Positions 7,149 to 14,802 of a stretch of 64,000 nucleotides of DNA are shown here, piece by piece; the stretch's first letter is position 1, and every line of letters begins with the position of its first letter. Made by a program: the position numbers and the translations under genes. The notes below the pieces were generated by a model. It saw only the letters and a program-made list of their open reading frames with translations, did not search any database and was not told the DNA's origin. Source of the DNA: a virus (Duplodnaviria; Heunggongvirae; Uroviricota; Caudoviricetes); IMG/VR virus record IMGVR_UViG_3300041405_000148, positions 25,310 through 89,309 of that record. One strand, 5' to 3'.

Positions 7149-9254
7149 TCAAACACCTTCCACACGGATCTTAACTGTTGCACCTGGAGACATCGTTAAA
7201 CTGTTTGTACCAGAGAGCAAGATTGTAACAATAACTGTGTTTGTGAAAACTGCACCTGAAAGGCTTGTTGATGTTGCAGTATAAGTGTTAACTGTTGCTT
7301 GACGAATCCCACCAAGGTTACTTCCTGTACTTAATGCTGTTGCCTGTACATCTAAGATCTCTGTAAAATCTGTACCTAAACTAAGTGTCCAAGATCCAGC
7401 TGAGTCGGCAGTTACTGTGTAGTACTTAACTTTCACCCCTGAAACCTGAGTACCTGCTTGACGAAGATATCTTGTTCCTTGAGCTGATGGAGCTGCACCG
7501 ATATCTGTAGAGCTTAAAACAACTGCACCTGTCTTTGTGTTGACTGACGTGACCGGAGCTGCTGTAAGAAATCCTGCATCATTGGTAAGTTGACTTAAAC
7601 TTGTTGGCACCACAGGTTTACCCGTCAGATCAGCATAACTCCCACTGAACAACGTAGGCTTATTCTTTATATAATCAAGAGCCGTTGTATTTGTTTGTGT
7701 CCAGTTTGACTGTATCTGTGCTGCTGGGATAACAGGAGTTCCTGTTAAAGAGCTGTATGGTATTGTAGAACCTGTACCAATTTTACTGTCCAGCGCTGTC
7801 TGTAAACCACTCACTTCTGAGATACTATGTGTGTGATCAACAGCTGCTGCACCTACATCACTTGCTGTTAAAGTTACTGCTCCAGTTTTACTGTTAACTG
7901 ATACAACAGGATAATTCACCACAGGTATAGTTGGTTTATTTTTGATGAAATCAACTGCTGAGGTATTTGTCTGACTCCAATCAGATTGAACTTGACTTGC
8001 AGGGATTGTTGGCTTGTTAGATAATGAATTATAACTGCCATCAAATAAAACTGGCTTATCTTTTAAATCTGTGTATGACCCTGTTTGTGAGACTGTTGAG
8101 AGCGTTGGTAGACCAGTAAGGTCAGAATACTTACCAGAGAATAATGTTGGCTTATTGGAAAGATCATTGTAACTCCCGCTAAATAATTCTGGTTTATTAC
8201 TCAAGTCTTCGTAAAGACCTGAAGTTGCTACTTCAGACAGGACAGGTGCATCTTCGATTTGATTGTAAGAGAAGCTAGAACCTTCTGTCATTTTACCATC
8301 AAGACTAGATTGTAACCCATCTATCTCACTTATTGAGTGGCTATGTATCACCTCAGCAGCACCCACATCAGAGGCTGTTAATTTCACATCCCCTGTCTGG
8401 TCATTGACAGAATCTACAGGATAATCAACCTCATTTGCAACAGGTTTATTTACGAGATCTTCATAATTCCCTGTAAAAGCAACCTTTGAAATGTCGTTAG
8501 CGCCAAGTAACCCGACATACTCACCTCTTTGAACATAGGCACTCATCTTAGGGACATTGTTAGAAGAACCTTTTAAGGATACACTGTCTGCTAAGATCTC
8601 ATATGTTAACTCTGTACCTGCTGACAATGGAACTGGTGAGTCTTTAAAATCAATGATATTTTCACCAACCTGAAAGTCATAACCAGTTTCTTGCCCTAAG
8701 TATGCAGCTTTAGTTGGAAGATATTTTAAAGTTATATTACCTTTTGAGATCCTGATTCTGACATTCTTCATAGTAGATGCAGCTGTAAGTATAATACTAT
8801 TTGTTCTTGCATCCAACTGTGTCACATATTTAAATGTTAATGGATTGGTTGTTATTGTTTTCGTGTCTTCAGGCGAACCATCATACCTAAACTCACCTTC
8901 CAGTAACTTAAAGTAGAAAGGTTTAGAGGATGCTCTATCTCTTGGAACATAATAATCCACAAGTTGGTATTGTTTTTGGTCTAAGTGATTATACAAACCT
9001 AAGTAACCTGAAGCTTCAGAGACGGTGATCAAGTCCCCGAAATTTACAGAGCCTGACTCAACACCAAAATGGTCAGGAGCCAGAACAGTACCATCAGACA
9101 ACTGACGTATACCTATTCCTACCAACTTACCCACTGAGTTTTTCACAAAAACCTGATTGACAGGCATTTCTTTGAGAAGTTGAGTTGAAGTATCTTCTCC
9201 TGGAGTTGAAGCAGAACCTCCGCTACCAGTCATATAATATGGTTTAACTGTCAT
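7149..9254 (-). CDS. Repeat-rich virion fibre/appendage-like protein
   Basis: Multiple GxYxDLxNKP repeats, VxSVNxKTGAVxL repeats, HxHSISE..GLQ..LD tail-repeat-like motifs. Confidence 0.7.
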   Translation of the reverse strand: MTVKPYYMTGSGGSASTPGEDTSTQLLKEMPVNQVFVKNSVGKLVGIGIRQLSDGTVLAPDHFGVESGSVNFGDLITVSEASGYLGLYNHLDQKQYQLVDYYVPRDRASSKPFYFKLLEGEFRYDGSPEDTKTITTNPLTFKYVTQLDARTNSIILTAASTMKNVRIRISKGNITLKYLPTKAAYLGQETGYDFQVGENIIDFKDSPVPLSAGTELTYEILADSVSLKGSSNNVPKMSAYVQRGEYVGLLGANDISKVAFTGNYEDLVNKPVANEVDYPVDSVNDQTGDVKLTASDVGAAEVIHSHSISEIDGLQSSLDGKMTEGSSFSYNQIEDAPVLSEVATSGLYEDLSNKPELFSGSYNDLSNKPTLFSGKYSDLTGLPTLSTVSQTGSYTDLKDKPVLFDGSYNSLSNKPTIPASQVQSDWSQTNTSAVDFIKNKPTIPVVNYPVVSVNSKTGAVTLTASDVGAAAVDHTHSISEVSGLQTALDSKIGTGSTIPYSSLTGTPVIPAAQIQSNWTQTNTTALDYIKNKPTLFSGSYADLTGKPVVPTSLSQLTNDAGFLTAAPVTSVNTKTGAVVLSSTDIGAAPSAQGTRYLRQAGTQVSGVKVKYYTVTADSAGSWTLSLGTDFTEILDVQATALSTGSNLGGIRQATVNTYTATSTSLSGAVFTNTVIVTILLSGTNSLTMSPGATVKIRVEGV

Positions 9255-9263
9255 ACTAACCCC

Positions 9264-9533
9264 TTATTCAAAAACCTGAACACAAACAGCACCAGAGCCA
9301 TAAATCCAAACTCCTGAAATAGAAGCTGAAGTCACAACACAAGTTTCATTAGACATTAACAAGTAACCATCTCTTGATGAAGCTATAGGTTGTGTTGATC
9401 GGACTTGGATATAAAGACCAGTAGCAGTTTTATTCTGTATTAATAAGTTAGTACCTTTTGGGATCTTTGTCGCAGCGTATACATCTGTATAGCCAGTATT
9501 TGAAATTCTTATGTCTGGTATTGTGTCTGCCAT
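9264..9533 (-). CDS. Hypothetical protein (89 aa)
   Basis: ORF directly upstream of the fibre gene. Confidence 0.7.
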   Translation of the reverse strand: MADTIPDIRISNTGYTDVYAATKIPKGTNLLIQNKTATGLYIQVRSTQPIASSRDGYLLMSNETCVVTSASISGVWIYGSGAVCVQVFE

Positions 9534-9624
9534 AATAAAAAACCCTTTTAATCAAAAATACGAAAGAAGTATTTCTCCTTACAATATTTTATCATAAAAG
9601 GGCTTTAAGATCTACAAATTTGTG

Positions 9625-9879
9625 TTAATTTTGTTGTGTAACTCTGTTTATGATCCTAACAGTGCTCCCTTGTTGGTTAACTAAGTATGCAGATTCATCA
9701 CAATAAATTAGAATTTCATCACCATCAGAAATAACTTTAGCTATTGGCATCTCCTTTGTTGTAGGGTGGTAAAGAAGAACTTCTGTCTTCACACCCACTT
9801 CATGATAAACTTCTTCCTCTTTAACAAACATGCCATGATCTTCATAATCAGCTGGACGAACGATTTTTAATGTATACAT
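9625..9879 (-). CDS. Hypothetical protein (84 aa)
   Basis: GGGAG SD. Confidence 0.7.
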   Translation of the reverse strand: MYTLKIVRPADYEDHGMFVKEEEVYHEVGVKTEVLLYHPTTKEMPIAKVISDGDEILIYCDESAYLVNQQGSTVRIINRVTQQN

Positions 9880-9893
9880 TTATTTCTCCCTAG

Positions 9894-10244
9894 TTATTTA
9901 ATTACACCACTTGCCACTAATCTTTTATAATACTGACTCCATTCCCTACGAATATCCCTGTCCTGCTGCCATAATTTTGAATTGTTTCTTGTTATCACTT
10001 CTAATGCAGCTGAATTAGTTGCACCATTCTTCAGTTGCTCTTCTGTTGGCTGCTCCGGTGGTAATGGATCTTCCAACCAAGCAGGGTCAGCTTTTTCTAC
10101 GGGAATACTTGACACTACAGCGCAATTATTCGGGTAGACTGTCTTTGTAGAGCTGCAACCACTTAGGATCAAGACAAAGCTTGCTGCCATCAGAAGTTTT
10201 GCTGTATTCAACGACTTTTGTTTGCACTTTATCACTTTTTGCAC
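9894..10244 (-). CDS. o-spanin (Rz1-like lipoprotein)
   Basis: Lipobox LSGC, Pro-rich, overlaps 3' end of i-spanin. Confidence 0.75.
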   Translation of the reverse strand: MQKVIKCKQKSLNTAKLLMAASFVLILSGCSSTKTVYPNNCAVVSSIPVEKADPAWLEDPLPPEQPTEEQLKNGATNSAALEVITRNNSKLWQQDRDIRREWSQYYKRLVASGVIK

Positions 10245-10551
10245 CTCTGGACTTTTCGAGTAAACGGTACTTTTCTTTTTGGTTAGTTATTTCTTCATTC
10301 AGAGTTAATCTGTCAGCGTTAGCTGCATCCAATCGTTTTTGATACTCTTCCTTAAGCTGTTGCTGCACTTTCTCATCTTGAACTTGTTGATAAGCAATAC
10401 CATCTTGATACTTTGAATTGCCGTAATGATGTAAAGCCAACCAACTCAACAGTAAGGCAACTAAAGCAATAACAACAAATCTCAATACTTTATTTTGCCA
10501 AAGATTTTTAATTGTAACTATTAATACAGATGCACCCACAAACCCTCTCAT
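10126..10551 (-). CDS. i-spanin (Rz-like)
   Basis: N-terminal TM segment then coiled coil, C-terminal Cys. Confidence 0.75.
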   Translation of the reverse strand: MRGFVGASVLIVTIKNLWQNKVLRFVVIALVALLLSWLALHHYGNSKYQDGIAYQQVQDEKVQQQLKEEYQKRLDAANADRLTLNEEITNQKEKYRLLEKSRGAKSDKVQTKVVEYSKTSDGSKLCLDPKWLQLYKDSLPE

Positions 10552-10765
10552 ACTCTTTTAAGGCGATCTCCCGACATGAAGTACAAAAGTTTTCCAAAGA
10601 TTTGCTTTCGTTAGTGTCGCCAGGTTTATCTTCCTCTTGGGTATAATCTTCCAAGTCTAATTCCCGTTCGAGGTCTTTTTTAAGGGATTGACGATCAAAA
10701 TCATTTTTGTGGTCTTTATGCCAACCCCCTTTATTAAAATCATACTTACTGACTGGATTTCTCAC
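10508..10765 (-). CDS. Hypothetical protein (85 aa)
   Basis: ORF with SD. Confidence 0.55.
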   Translation of the reverse strand: MRNPVSKYDFNKGGWHKDHKNDFDRQSLKKDLERELDLEDYTQEEDKPGDTNESKSLENFCTSCREIALKEYERVCGCICINSYN

Positions 10766-10777
10766 TCCTTGCCCTCC

Positions 10778-11062
10778 TTATTTATTAAGGTTTATGATTT
10801 GCCCATTCTGCAATACAGTAGTTGTCCCATCAGCGAACGTCTTAGTTACAGTTCCGGGAGTACCGTCATTACCAGGACAGGTAGTAGTTGAAGCCTTAAA
10901 ACGACCTGTTTTCATGTCATTAAGTACAAAAGTAGAACACCGACCTACCTCCACAACTTGTGTTTCAGTGATTTTTGTTTCAGTAGTAGTCTTAGTTTCT
11001 GCATACATACTACCAGAGAAAATCAACAGCAATGGGAATGCAAGTATAGCTAGTTTTTTCAT
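10778..11062 (-). CDS. Small secreted protein
   Basis: Signal peptide MKKLAILAFPLLLIFSGSMYA, two Cys. Confidence 0.7.
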   Translation of the reverse strand: MKKLAILAFPLLLIFSGSMYAETKTTTETKITETQVVEVGRCSTFVLNDMKTGRFKASTTTCPGNDGTPGTVTKTFADGTTTVLQNGQIINLNK

Positions 11063-11093
11063 TTAATTTCTCCTGAAATTAGGGTTGAACCTG

Positions 11094-11122
11094 ATTGTAC
11101 ATGTTTACAAATCTTAAGTCAA
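11094..11122 (-). promoter_or_regulatory. Sigma70-like promoter
   Basis: TTGACT-17-TACAAT. Confidence 0.7.
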
Positions 11123-11132
11123 GATATAAAAC

Positions 11133-11162
11133 AAAAAACCCCTGACATTTCTGACAGGGGTT
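11133..11162 (-). terminator. Rho-independent terminator
   Basis: AACCCCTG/CAGGGGTT stem plus T-run. Confidence 0.75.
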
Positions 11163-11168
11163 AAAATA

Positions 11169-11477
11169 TTATTCAATTTTTAACAGAAGTCCCGCAGGTT
11201 TTCCATCATCTTCCTCTGAAGAATTTCCATCATCTTCATCATCTTTTTCATACATTTCAAGACTTGTTTCAACATACTCTTTAATAGTTTTAGCAGCTGA
11301 CAGTCTGTTTGTTGGTGATGCACTTTCGTTATTCATGATTGTGATTAGAAGATTTATTGCTTGAGGATATGCATTAACAAGATCTTCTTGACCTTTCACA
11401 ACGTTCATTTGTAGATCATGCAGAAGTTTACTCATACGGTCTGGGCGACCTCTGCCTCTTTTTTTAATTCCAGCCAT
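11169..11477 (-). CDS. Hypothetical protein (102 aa); possibly small terminase-like
   Basis: Probable start MAGIKKRGRGRP, helical core, acidic tail; function is inference only. Confidence 0.55.
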   Translation of the reverse strand: MAGIKKRGRGRPDRMSKLLHDLQMNVVKGQEDLVNAYPQAINLLITIMNNESASPTNRLSAAKTIKEYVETSLEMYEKDDEDDGNSSEEDDGKPAGLLLKIE

Positions 11478-11634
11478 ATTAGCCTCACTTAGTTTAAATA
11501 AAAAGAAAGCGGCACAGAGGCCGCTGACTATCGAATGCATATAAAGACTTTCTGCAAGAGGAGGAACAGATTGTCAACTCTTTAAAGGAGTTATGCTACT
11601 CCAGATTAACGGCTCTGGTTATGCTCGTTTTATT

Positions 11635-11705
11635 TGGCAGGGGTAGAGAGATTCGAACTCTCGCATCCGGGTTTGGAATCCTTCTGGCTGCCTCAGCATA
11701 CCCCA
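11635..11705 (-). pseudogene. Degenerate tRNA-Trp(CCA)
   Basis: 3' half resembles E. coli tRNA-Trp; D-arm shortened, anticodon stem mismatched. Confidence 0.6.
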
Positions 11706-11711
11706 ACTGTT

Positions 11712-11787
11712 TGGAAGCGGATACCGAAATCGAATCGGTCTGGAGAGGCTTATGAGACCCCTGAACTCACCAGAGTTCTAATCCGCA
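11712..11787 (-). tRNA. tRNA-Met(CAT), initiator-like
   Basis: Loop CTCATAA, G-rich anticodon stem, 1:72 mismatch. Confidence 0.8.
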
Positions 11788-11788
11788 A

Positions 11789-11974
11789 TTATTCTATTTC
11801 TTTAAAATAAGGTTGATCTAAAATACCATACCTCTTTTCAACTTTTTTAAGTCTTACATCACAAACTAAACCATCAGAATTAAAGCAATACTGAATCTTA
11901 GAGAAAGTTAAATTGCCATCCGAATCAAAGCCTGTTTGGACTTTCTTGCCAGAATCAACCCAGTTTTCTTTCAT
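11789..11974 (-). CDS. Hypothetical protein (61 aa, MKENWVD...)
   Basis: GAGG SD; the longer track ORF overlaps tRNA-Leu. Confidence 0.6.
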   Translation of the reverse strand: MKENWVDSGKKVQTGFDSDGNLTFSKIQYCFNSDGLVCDVRLKKVEKRYGILDQPYFKEIE

Positions 11975-11990
11975 AAAACCTCTTTTAAGT

Positions 11991-12075
11991 TGGTACATCA
12001 GGTGAGACTCGAACTCACACAGGTTGCCCCGCCAGAACCTAAATCTGGTGCGTCTACCAATTTCGCCACTGATGC
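11991..12075 (-). tRNA. tRNA-Leu(TAG)
   Basis: CCAGA-TTTAGGT-TCTGG, long variable arm, CCA. Confidence 0.95.
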
Positions 12076-12147
12076 ATTTGTTTAGTTTGCTCTGATACGC
12101 TACACGTAAATCCTGCAAGCCCGAAGGTCTCTACAGGAGAGCAAATT

Positions 12148-12244
12148 AGGCGTCGCTCTAGGGAATTGAACCCCAGTCAGGATGCGCAGTCCTGTCCACC
12201 AAGGATAGTGAGGAATCGAACCTCAGTCATACCAGACACGACAT
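12148..12244 (-). ncRNA. tRNA-like RNA with two T-arms
   Basis: TGAGG-TTCGATT-CCTCA and TGGGG-TTCAATT-CCCTA flank CAGGA-CTGCGCA-TCCTG. Confidence 0.65.
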
Positions 12245-12248
12245 AATT

Positions 12249-12324
12249 TGGTGGAGACGAAGAGAATTGAACTCTTTACAGGAAAGGTGCAAACCTTCCT
12301 CGCTACCTTAGTACATGCGCCCCC
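12249..12324 (-). tRNA. tRNA-Ala(TGC)
   Basis: G3:U70 pair, loop TTTGCAC, CCA. Confidence 0.9.
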
Positions 12325-12456
12325 AAATTTTTGCGCCCCTTTGTAGTGAATGTCTTTAAGTGGAGTCTTTAATGCAAGCAATAAATTTCCTCACACACTT
12401 AATCTTAGACCTACTCAGCTGGACGGCTTTAGGAAAGCGTCCTTTCCCTTCTCATT

Positions 12457-12532
12457 TGGTGGAACCTCTCAGAATCGAACTGAGTCCTCATCGTCTTCAG
12501 CGACACGCGCGAACCATCTACGCCAAAGTTCC
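12457..12532 (-). tRNA. tRNA-Phe(GAA)
   Basis: Loop CTGAAGA, CCA. Confidence 0.9.
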
Positions 12533-12587
12533 ATATTCACTGTCGATTGGTTAACTGAATCTCCAACTCCCCACAATGAATTTTAAT

Positions 12588-12665
12588 TGGTCTCCCCTCC
12601 TGGATTCGAACCAGGGACCCGATGCATCCAAAGCACCTACGCTGACCAGACTGCGCTAAGGAGAG
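12588..12665 (-). tRNA. tRNA-Pro(TGG)
   Basis: GGTGC-TTTGGAT-GCATC, CCA. Confidence 0.95.
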
Positions 12666-12729
12666 ATAGTTTTACTTTTTGATAATCCAGAAGTATCGGA
12701 AAAACTGGAACCAGCTGGCAAGCTGAGTT

Positions 12730-12805
12730 TGGCAGGTCTGCCTTGACTTGAACAAGGGCTACGAATTTCAAAGACTCGTGTGCTAACCAATTACACCACA
12801 GACCT
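12730..12805 (-). tRNA. tRNA-Gln(TTG)
   Basis: CGAGT-CTTTGAA-ATTCG, CCA. Confidence 0.9.
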
Positions 12806-12813
12806 ATTAAATT

Positions 12814-12887
12814 TGGAGCATCCTACGAGACTCGAACTCGTGACATCGACTTGGAAGGACGAGATGTTACCACTACACCAAGAATGC
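12814..12887 (-). tRNA. tRNA-Gly(TCC)
   Basis: Loop CTTCCAA, U73, CCA. Confidence 0.9.
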
Positions 12888-12894
12888 TTTAATC

Positions 12895-12970
12895 TGGTTG
12901 TCTCAACAGGGAACGATCCTGTGACCTCACCCTTATCAGGGGTGCGCTCTACCAACTGAGCTATGAGACA
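12895..12970 (-). tRNA. tRNA-Ile(GAT)
   Basis: CACCC-CTGATAA-GGGTG, CCA. Confidence 0.9.
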
Positions 12971-12979
12971 ATTATTCTT

Positions 12980-13186
12980 TTAACGATTGATCTGATGTCC
13001 GATAACGCCACCAACAGCAGCACCACCTAAAGTCCCAAGACCTGAACCGTTTGTTAAAACTGAACCACCTATTGCACCTACACCTGCACCAATTGCTGTG
13101 TTACGATCACGTTGTGACATATTAGAACAACCTGAAACAGAAGCGGCTAAAACAACAGCCAGTAGGATAGCAGAAACTTTTTTCAT
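12980..13186 (-). CDS. osmB: OsmB-like glycine-zipper lipoprotein (68 aa)
   Basis: VSGC lipobox; RDRNTAIGAG...GLGTLGGAAVGGVIGHQ nearly identical to E. coli OsmB; GAGG SD before MKKV. Confidence 0.92.
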   Translation of the reverse strand: MKKVSAILLAVVLAASVSGCSNMSQRDRNTAIGAGVGAIGGSVLTNGSGLGTLGGAAVGGVIGHQINR

Positions 13187-13216
13187 TTTTACTACCTCAT
13201 TTGTTTTAATGAAACT

Positions 13217-13291
13217 TGGTGCTCCCACACTGAATCGAACAGAGATTAACGGGTTACAAAGCCGCAGTAATAGCCATTATACGATAGGAGC
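13217..13291 (-). tRNA. tRNA-Thr(TGT)
   Basis: Loop TTTGTAA, paired acceptor, CCA. Confidence 0.85.
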
Positions 13292-13297
13292 ATAAAT

Positions 13298-13380
13298 TGG
13301 CTGGGGAGGTGGGATTCGAACCCACGTTGTCTTTCGACATGGATTAACAGTCCACCGCTAAACCACTCAGCTACACCCCA
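13298..13380 (-). tRNA. tRNA-Asn(GTT) with long variable arm
   Basis: TGGA-CTGTTAA-TCCA; extra arm TGTC-GAAA-GACA; CCA. Confidence 0.85.
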
Positions 13381-13396
13381 ATAATTCTTATTCAAC

Positions 13397-13559
13397 TAAT
13401 CATTCCACGAGGCTCCTCTCATCCTCGTCATTCTATCCGGTGCACTCGGCTTAGGAGTCCGTTACTTGGGAATCTACATGGTAGGAGCCGATCCTCCCTC
13501 GAATTACCTCACAGTTGTATGCCTACATCTGCTTTCGATCCTTGCTAACAAAATGATTA
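13397..13559 (-). ncRNA. Putative structured ncRNA (~163 nt)
   Basis: TAATCATT/AATGATTA closing stem, internal GGCTCCT/AGGAGCC and CGAGG/CCTCG complements, GC-rich, between tRNAs. Confidence 0.5.
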
Positions 13560-13572
13560 TGTAAATAAAAAC

Positions 13573-13647
13573 TGGTTGATCGGGTGAGGTTCGAACTCAC
13601 GTCTCGATGCTTAAAAGGCACCTGCCTAACCACTTGGCTACCGATCA
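13573..13647 (-). tRNA. tRNA-Lys(TTT)
   Basis: Loop CTTTTAA, CCA. Confidence 0.9.
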
Positions 13648-13661
13648 ATTAAAACATTAAA

Positions 13662-13770
13662 AACTGACTGAAGTAAAAGGGGATTAAGGATTGCCCCTCT
13701 TTCCTTGCCCGAAGGCTGTTTCACCAATTGAAGTTTGTATTTTGGTTGCTGAACTACTTCATTGTCAGTT
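13662..13770 (-). ncRNA. Y-RNA-like ncRNA D
   Basis: AACTGAC-(AA)-TGAAGTAG/TTACTTCA-GTCAGTT bulged stem followed by TTCAGCAA. Confidence 0.7.
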
Positions 13771-13778
13771 CTTAAATT

Positions 13779-13855
13779 TGGCGAGGATGACGAGATTCGA
13801 ACTCGCATTTTCCGCATAGACAGTGCGGTACAATTACCCAGTCTGCCACATCCCC
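13779..13855 (-). tRNA. tRNA-Asp(GTC)
   Basis: CCGCA-CTGTCTA-TGCGG, G73, CCA. Confidence 0.9.
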
Positions 13856-13912
13856 ATGTATTTAATCTAACATAAATACCTACATCAAATCAAGATATTT
13901 ATCTTATTATTT

Positions 13913-14003
13913 TGGCGGAAGCGGAGAGAGTCGAACTCTCAAGGCGCTGTTAACGCTCGGCTGTTTTCAAGACAGTTTTCGTCGCCAATCGATTTGCACT
14001 TCC
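13913..14003 (-). tRNA. tRNA-Ser(TGA)
   Basis: Loop CTTGAAA, long variable arm, CCA. Confidence 0.95.
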
Positions 14004-14011
14004 ATTTTGTT

Positions 14012-14089
14012 TGGTATCCCCACCGAGACTCGAACTCGGCCCTCCAGATTGAAAGTCTGGCGATCTAACCAACTAATGCATATGGCGAT
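14012..14089 (-). tRNA. tRNA-Glu(TTC)
   Basis: CCAGA-CTTTCAA-TCTGG, CCA. Confidence 0.85.
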
Positions 14090-14095
14090 GTTGTT

Positions 14096-14177
14096 TGGTG
14101 GGGCCACCTGGATTCGAACCAGGGCGTGGTATGCTAGATTTACAGTCTAGTGCGTTCGGCCTCTCTGCCATGTCCCC
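14096..14177 (-). tRNA. tRNA-Tyr(GTA)
   Basis: CTAGA-CTGTAAA-TCTAG, CCA. Confidence 0.9.
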
Positions 14178-14185
14178 AAAATTAA

Positions 14186-14356
14186 TTACAACGGATTACG
14201 TGGACCACGACCCCTAAAGAGTTCAATGAGCCAAATAACAATTGCTACTACAAAAACAATCTTAGCTGCCATTGCTGCTGTTCCAGCTAAAACACCGAAA
14301 CCTAAAGCTGCTGCAAGTAAAGCCACTACCAAGAAAATTAAGCCCCATCCTAACAT
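14186..14356 (-). CDS. ytjA: YtjA/DUF1328 (UPF0391) small membrane protein, 56 aa
   Basis: Not in track; [37 protein letters not shown]... closely matches E. coli YtjA; AGGAG SD. Confidence 0.88.
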   Translation of the reverse strand: MLGWGLIFLVVALLAAALGFGVLAGTAAMAAKIVFVVAIVIWLIELFRGRGPRNPL

Positions 14357-14402
14357 AACATTTCTCCTGTGTCAATGGGTTTTATTAAGATACTTCAGTA
14401 TA

Positions 14403-14526
14403 TTCAGAAGGTCTGTTTTTAGTGTTTTATCCAGTTAAACTATCAAGTCAAAGACCTGAGCCGGATTCGAACCGACAACGCTCCTTTAGCAGAGGAATTT
14501 TAGTGTTGCTGAAAAACCTTCTTGAA
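14403..14526 (-). ncRNA. Y-RNA-like ncRNA A with circularly permuted tRNA domain (YrlA-like)
   Basis: Bulged terminal stem + TTCAGCAA, then anticodon arm, T-arm, closed acceptor hairpin, D-arm. Confidence 0.8.
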
Positions 14527-14534
14527 TTTGGTAT

Positions 14535-14592
14535 GGCAGAAGAATTTTGGTTTACATTTCAATTGTAAGTAATTGCGGTATTTCTTCTTACC
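14535..14592 (-). ncRNA. Y-RNA-like ncRNA B
   Basis: GGT-(A)-AGAAGAA/TTCTTCT-GCC stem, variant motif TACCGCAA, one internal hairpin. Confidence 0.6.
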
Positions 14593-14599
14593 TAATCTT

Positions 14600-14699
14600 A
14601 AAACTTATTTTTGAAAATCACAGAAGAACCCTTGGTTTCTTTAAGCTAGAAGTTTGTGATTGCTGAATGTCTTCATCATGATCTTCAAGAATAAGTCTT
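14600..14699 (-). ncRNA. Y-RNA-like ncRNA C
   Basis: Long bulged stem ending GAAGAC, then ATTCAGCAA, one internal hairpin. Confidence 0.65.
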
Positions 14700-14753
14700 T
14701 GTTTATTAACTTATGTACTTGATTTAAGTCCAAAGTTATTTACTTATGTACTT

Positions 14754-14783
14754 ACTTTAACATAAGGGCTAACTCCATGTCAA
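14754..14783 (-). promoter_or_regulatory. Promoter for ncRNA/tRNA transcript
   Basis: TTGACA-18-TAAAGT with extended TG; direct repeat ACTTATGTACTT at 14709 and 14742. Confidence 0.55.
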
Positions 14784-14802
14784 CCCTTTTATTAAGTTTT
14801 TA

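Noticed and set aside
7500-8500. DNA repeats as a possible CRISPR array or VNTR
   Set aside because: Degenerate codon-level repeats inside an open protein frame; no fixed repeat-spacer pattern and no cas genes.
9600-11100. Holin next to the spanins
   Set aside because: No ORF here has a convincing holin topology.
11576-11592. UUA loop as an ochre-suppressor tRNA / alternative genetic code
   Set aside because: No T-arm, acceptor or CCA around it; TAA, TAG and TGA all terminate well-supported genes.
12086-12145. 60-nt hairpin with TTCG loop
   Set aside because: Real complementarity (TTTGCTCT/AGAGCAAA), but it could simply be a processing or spacer hairpin with no distinguishing motif.
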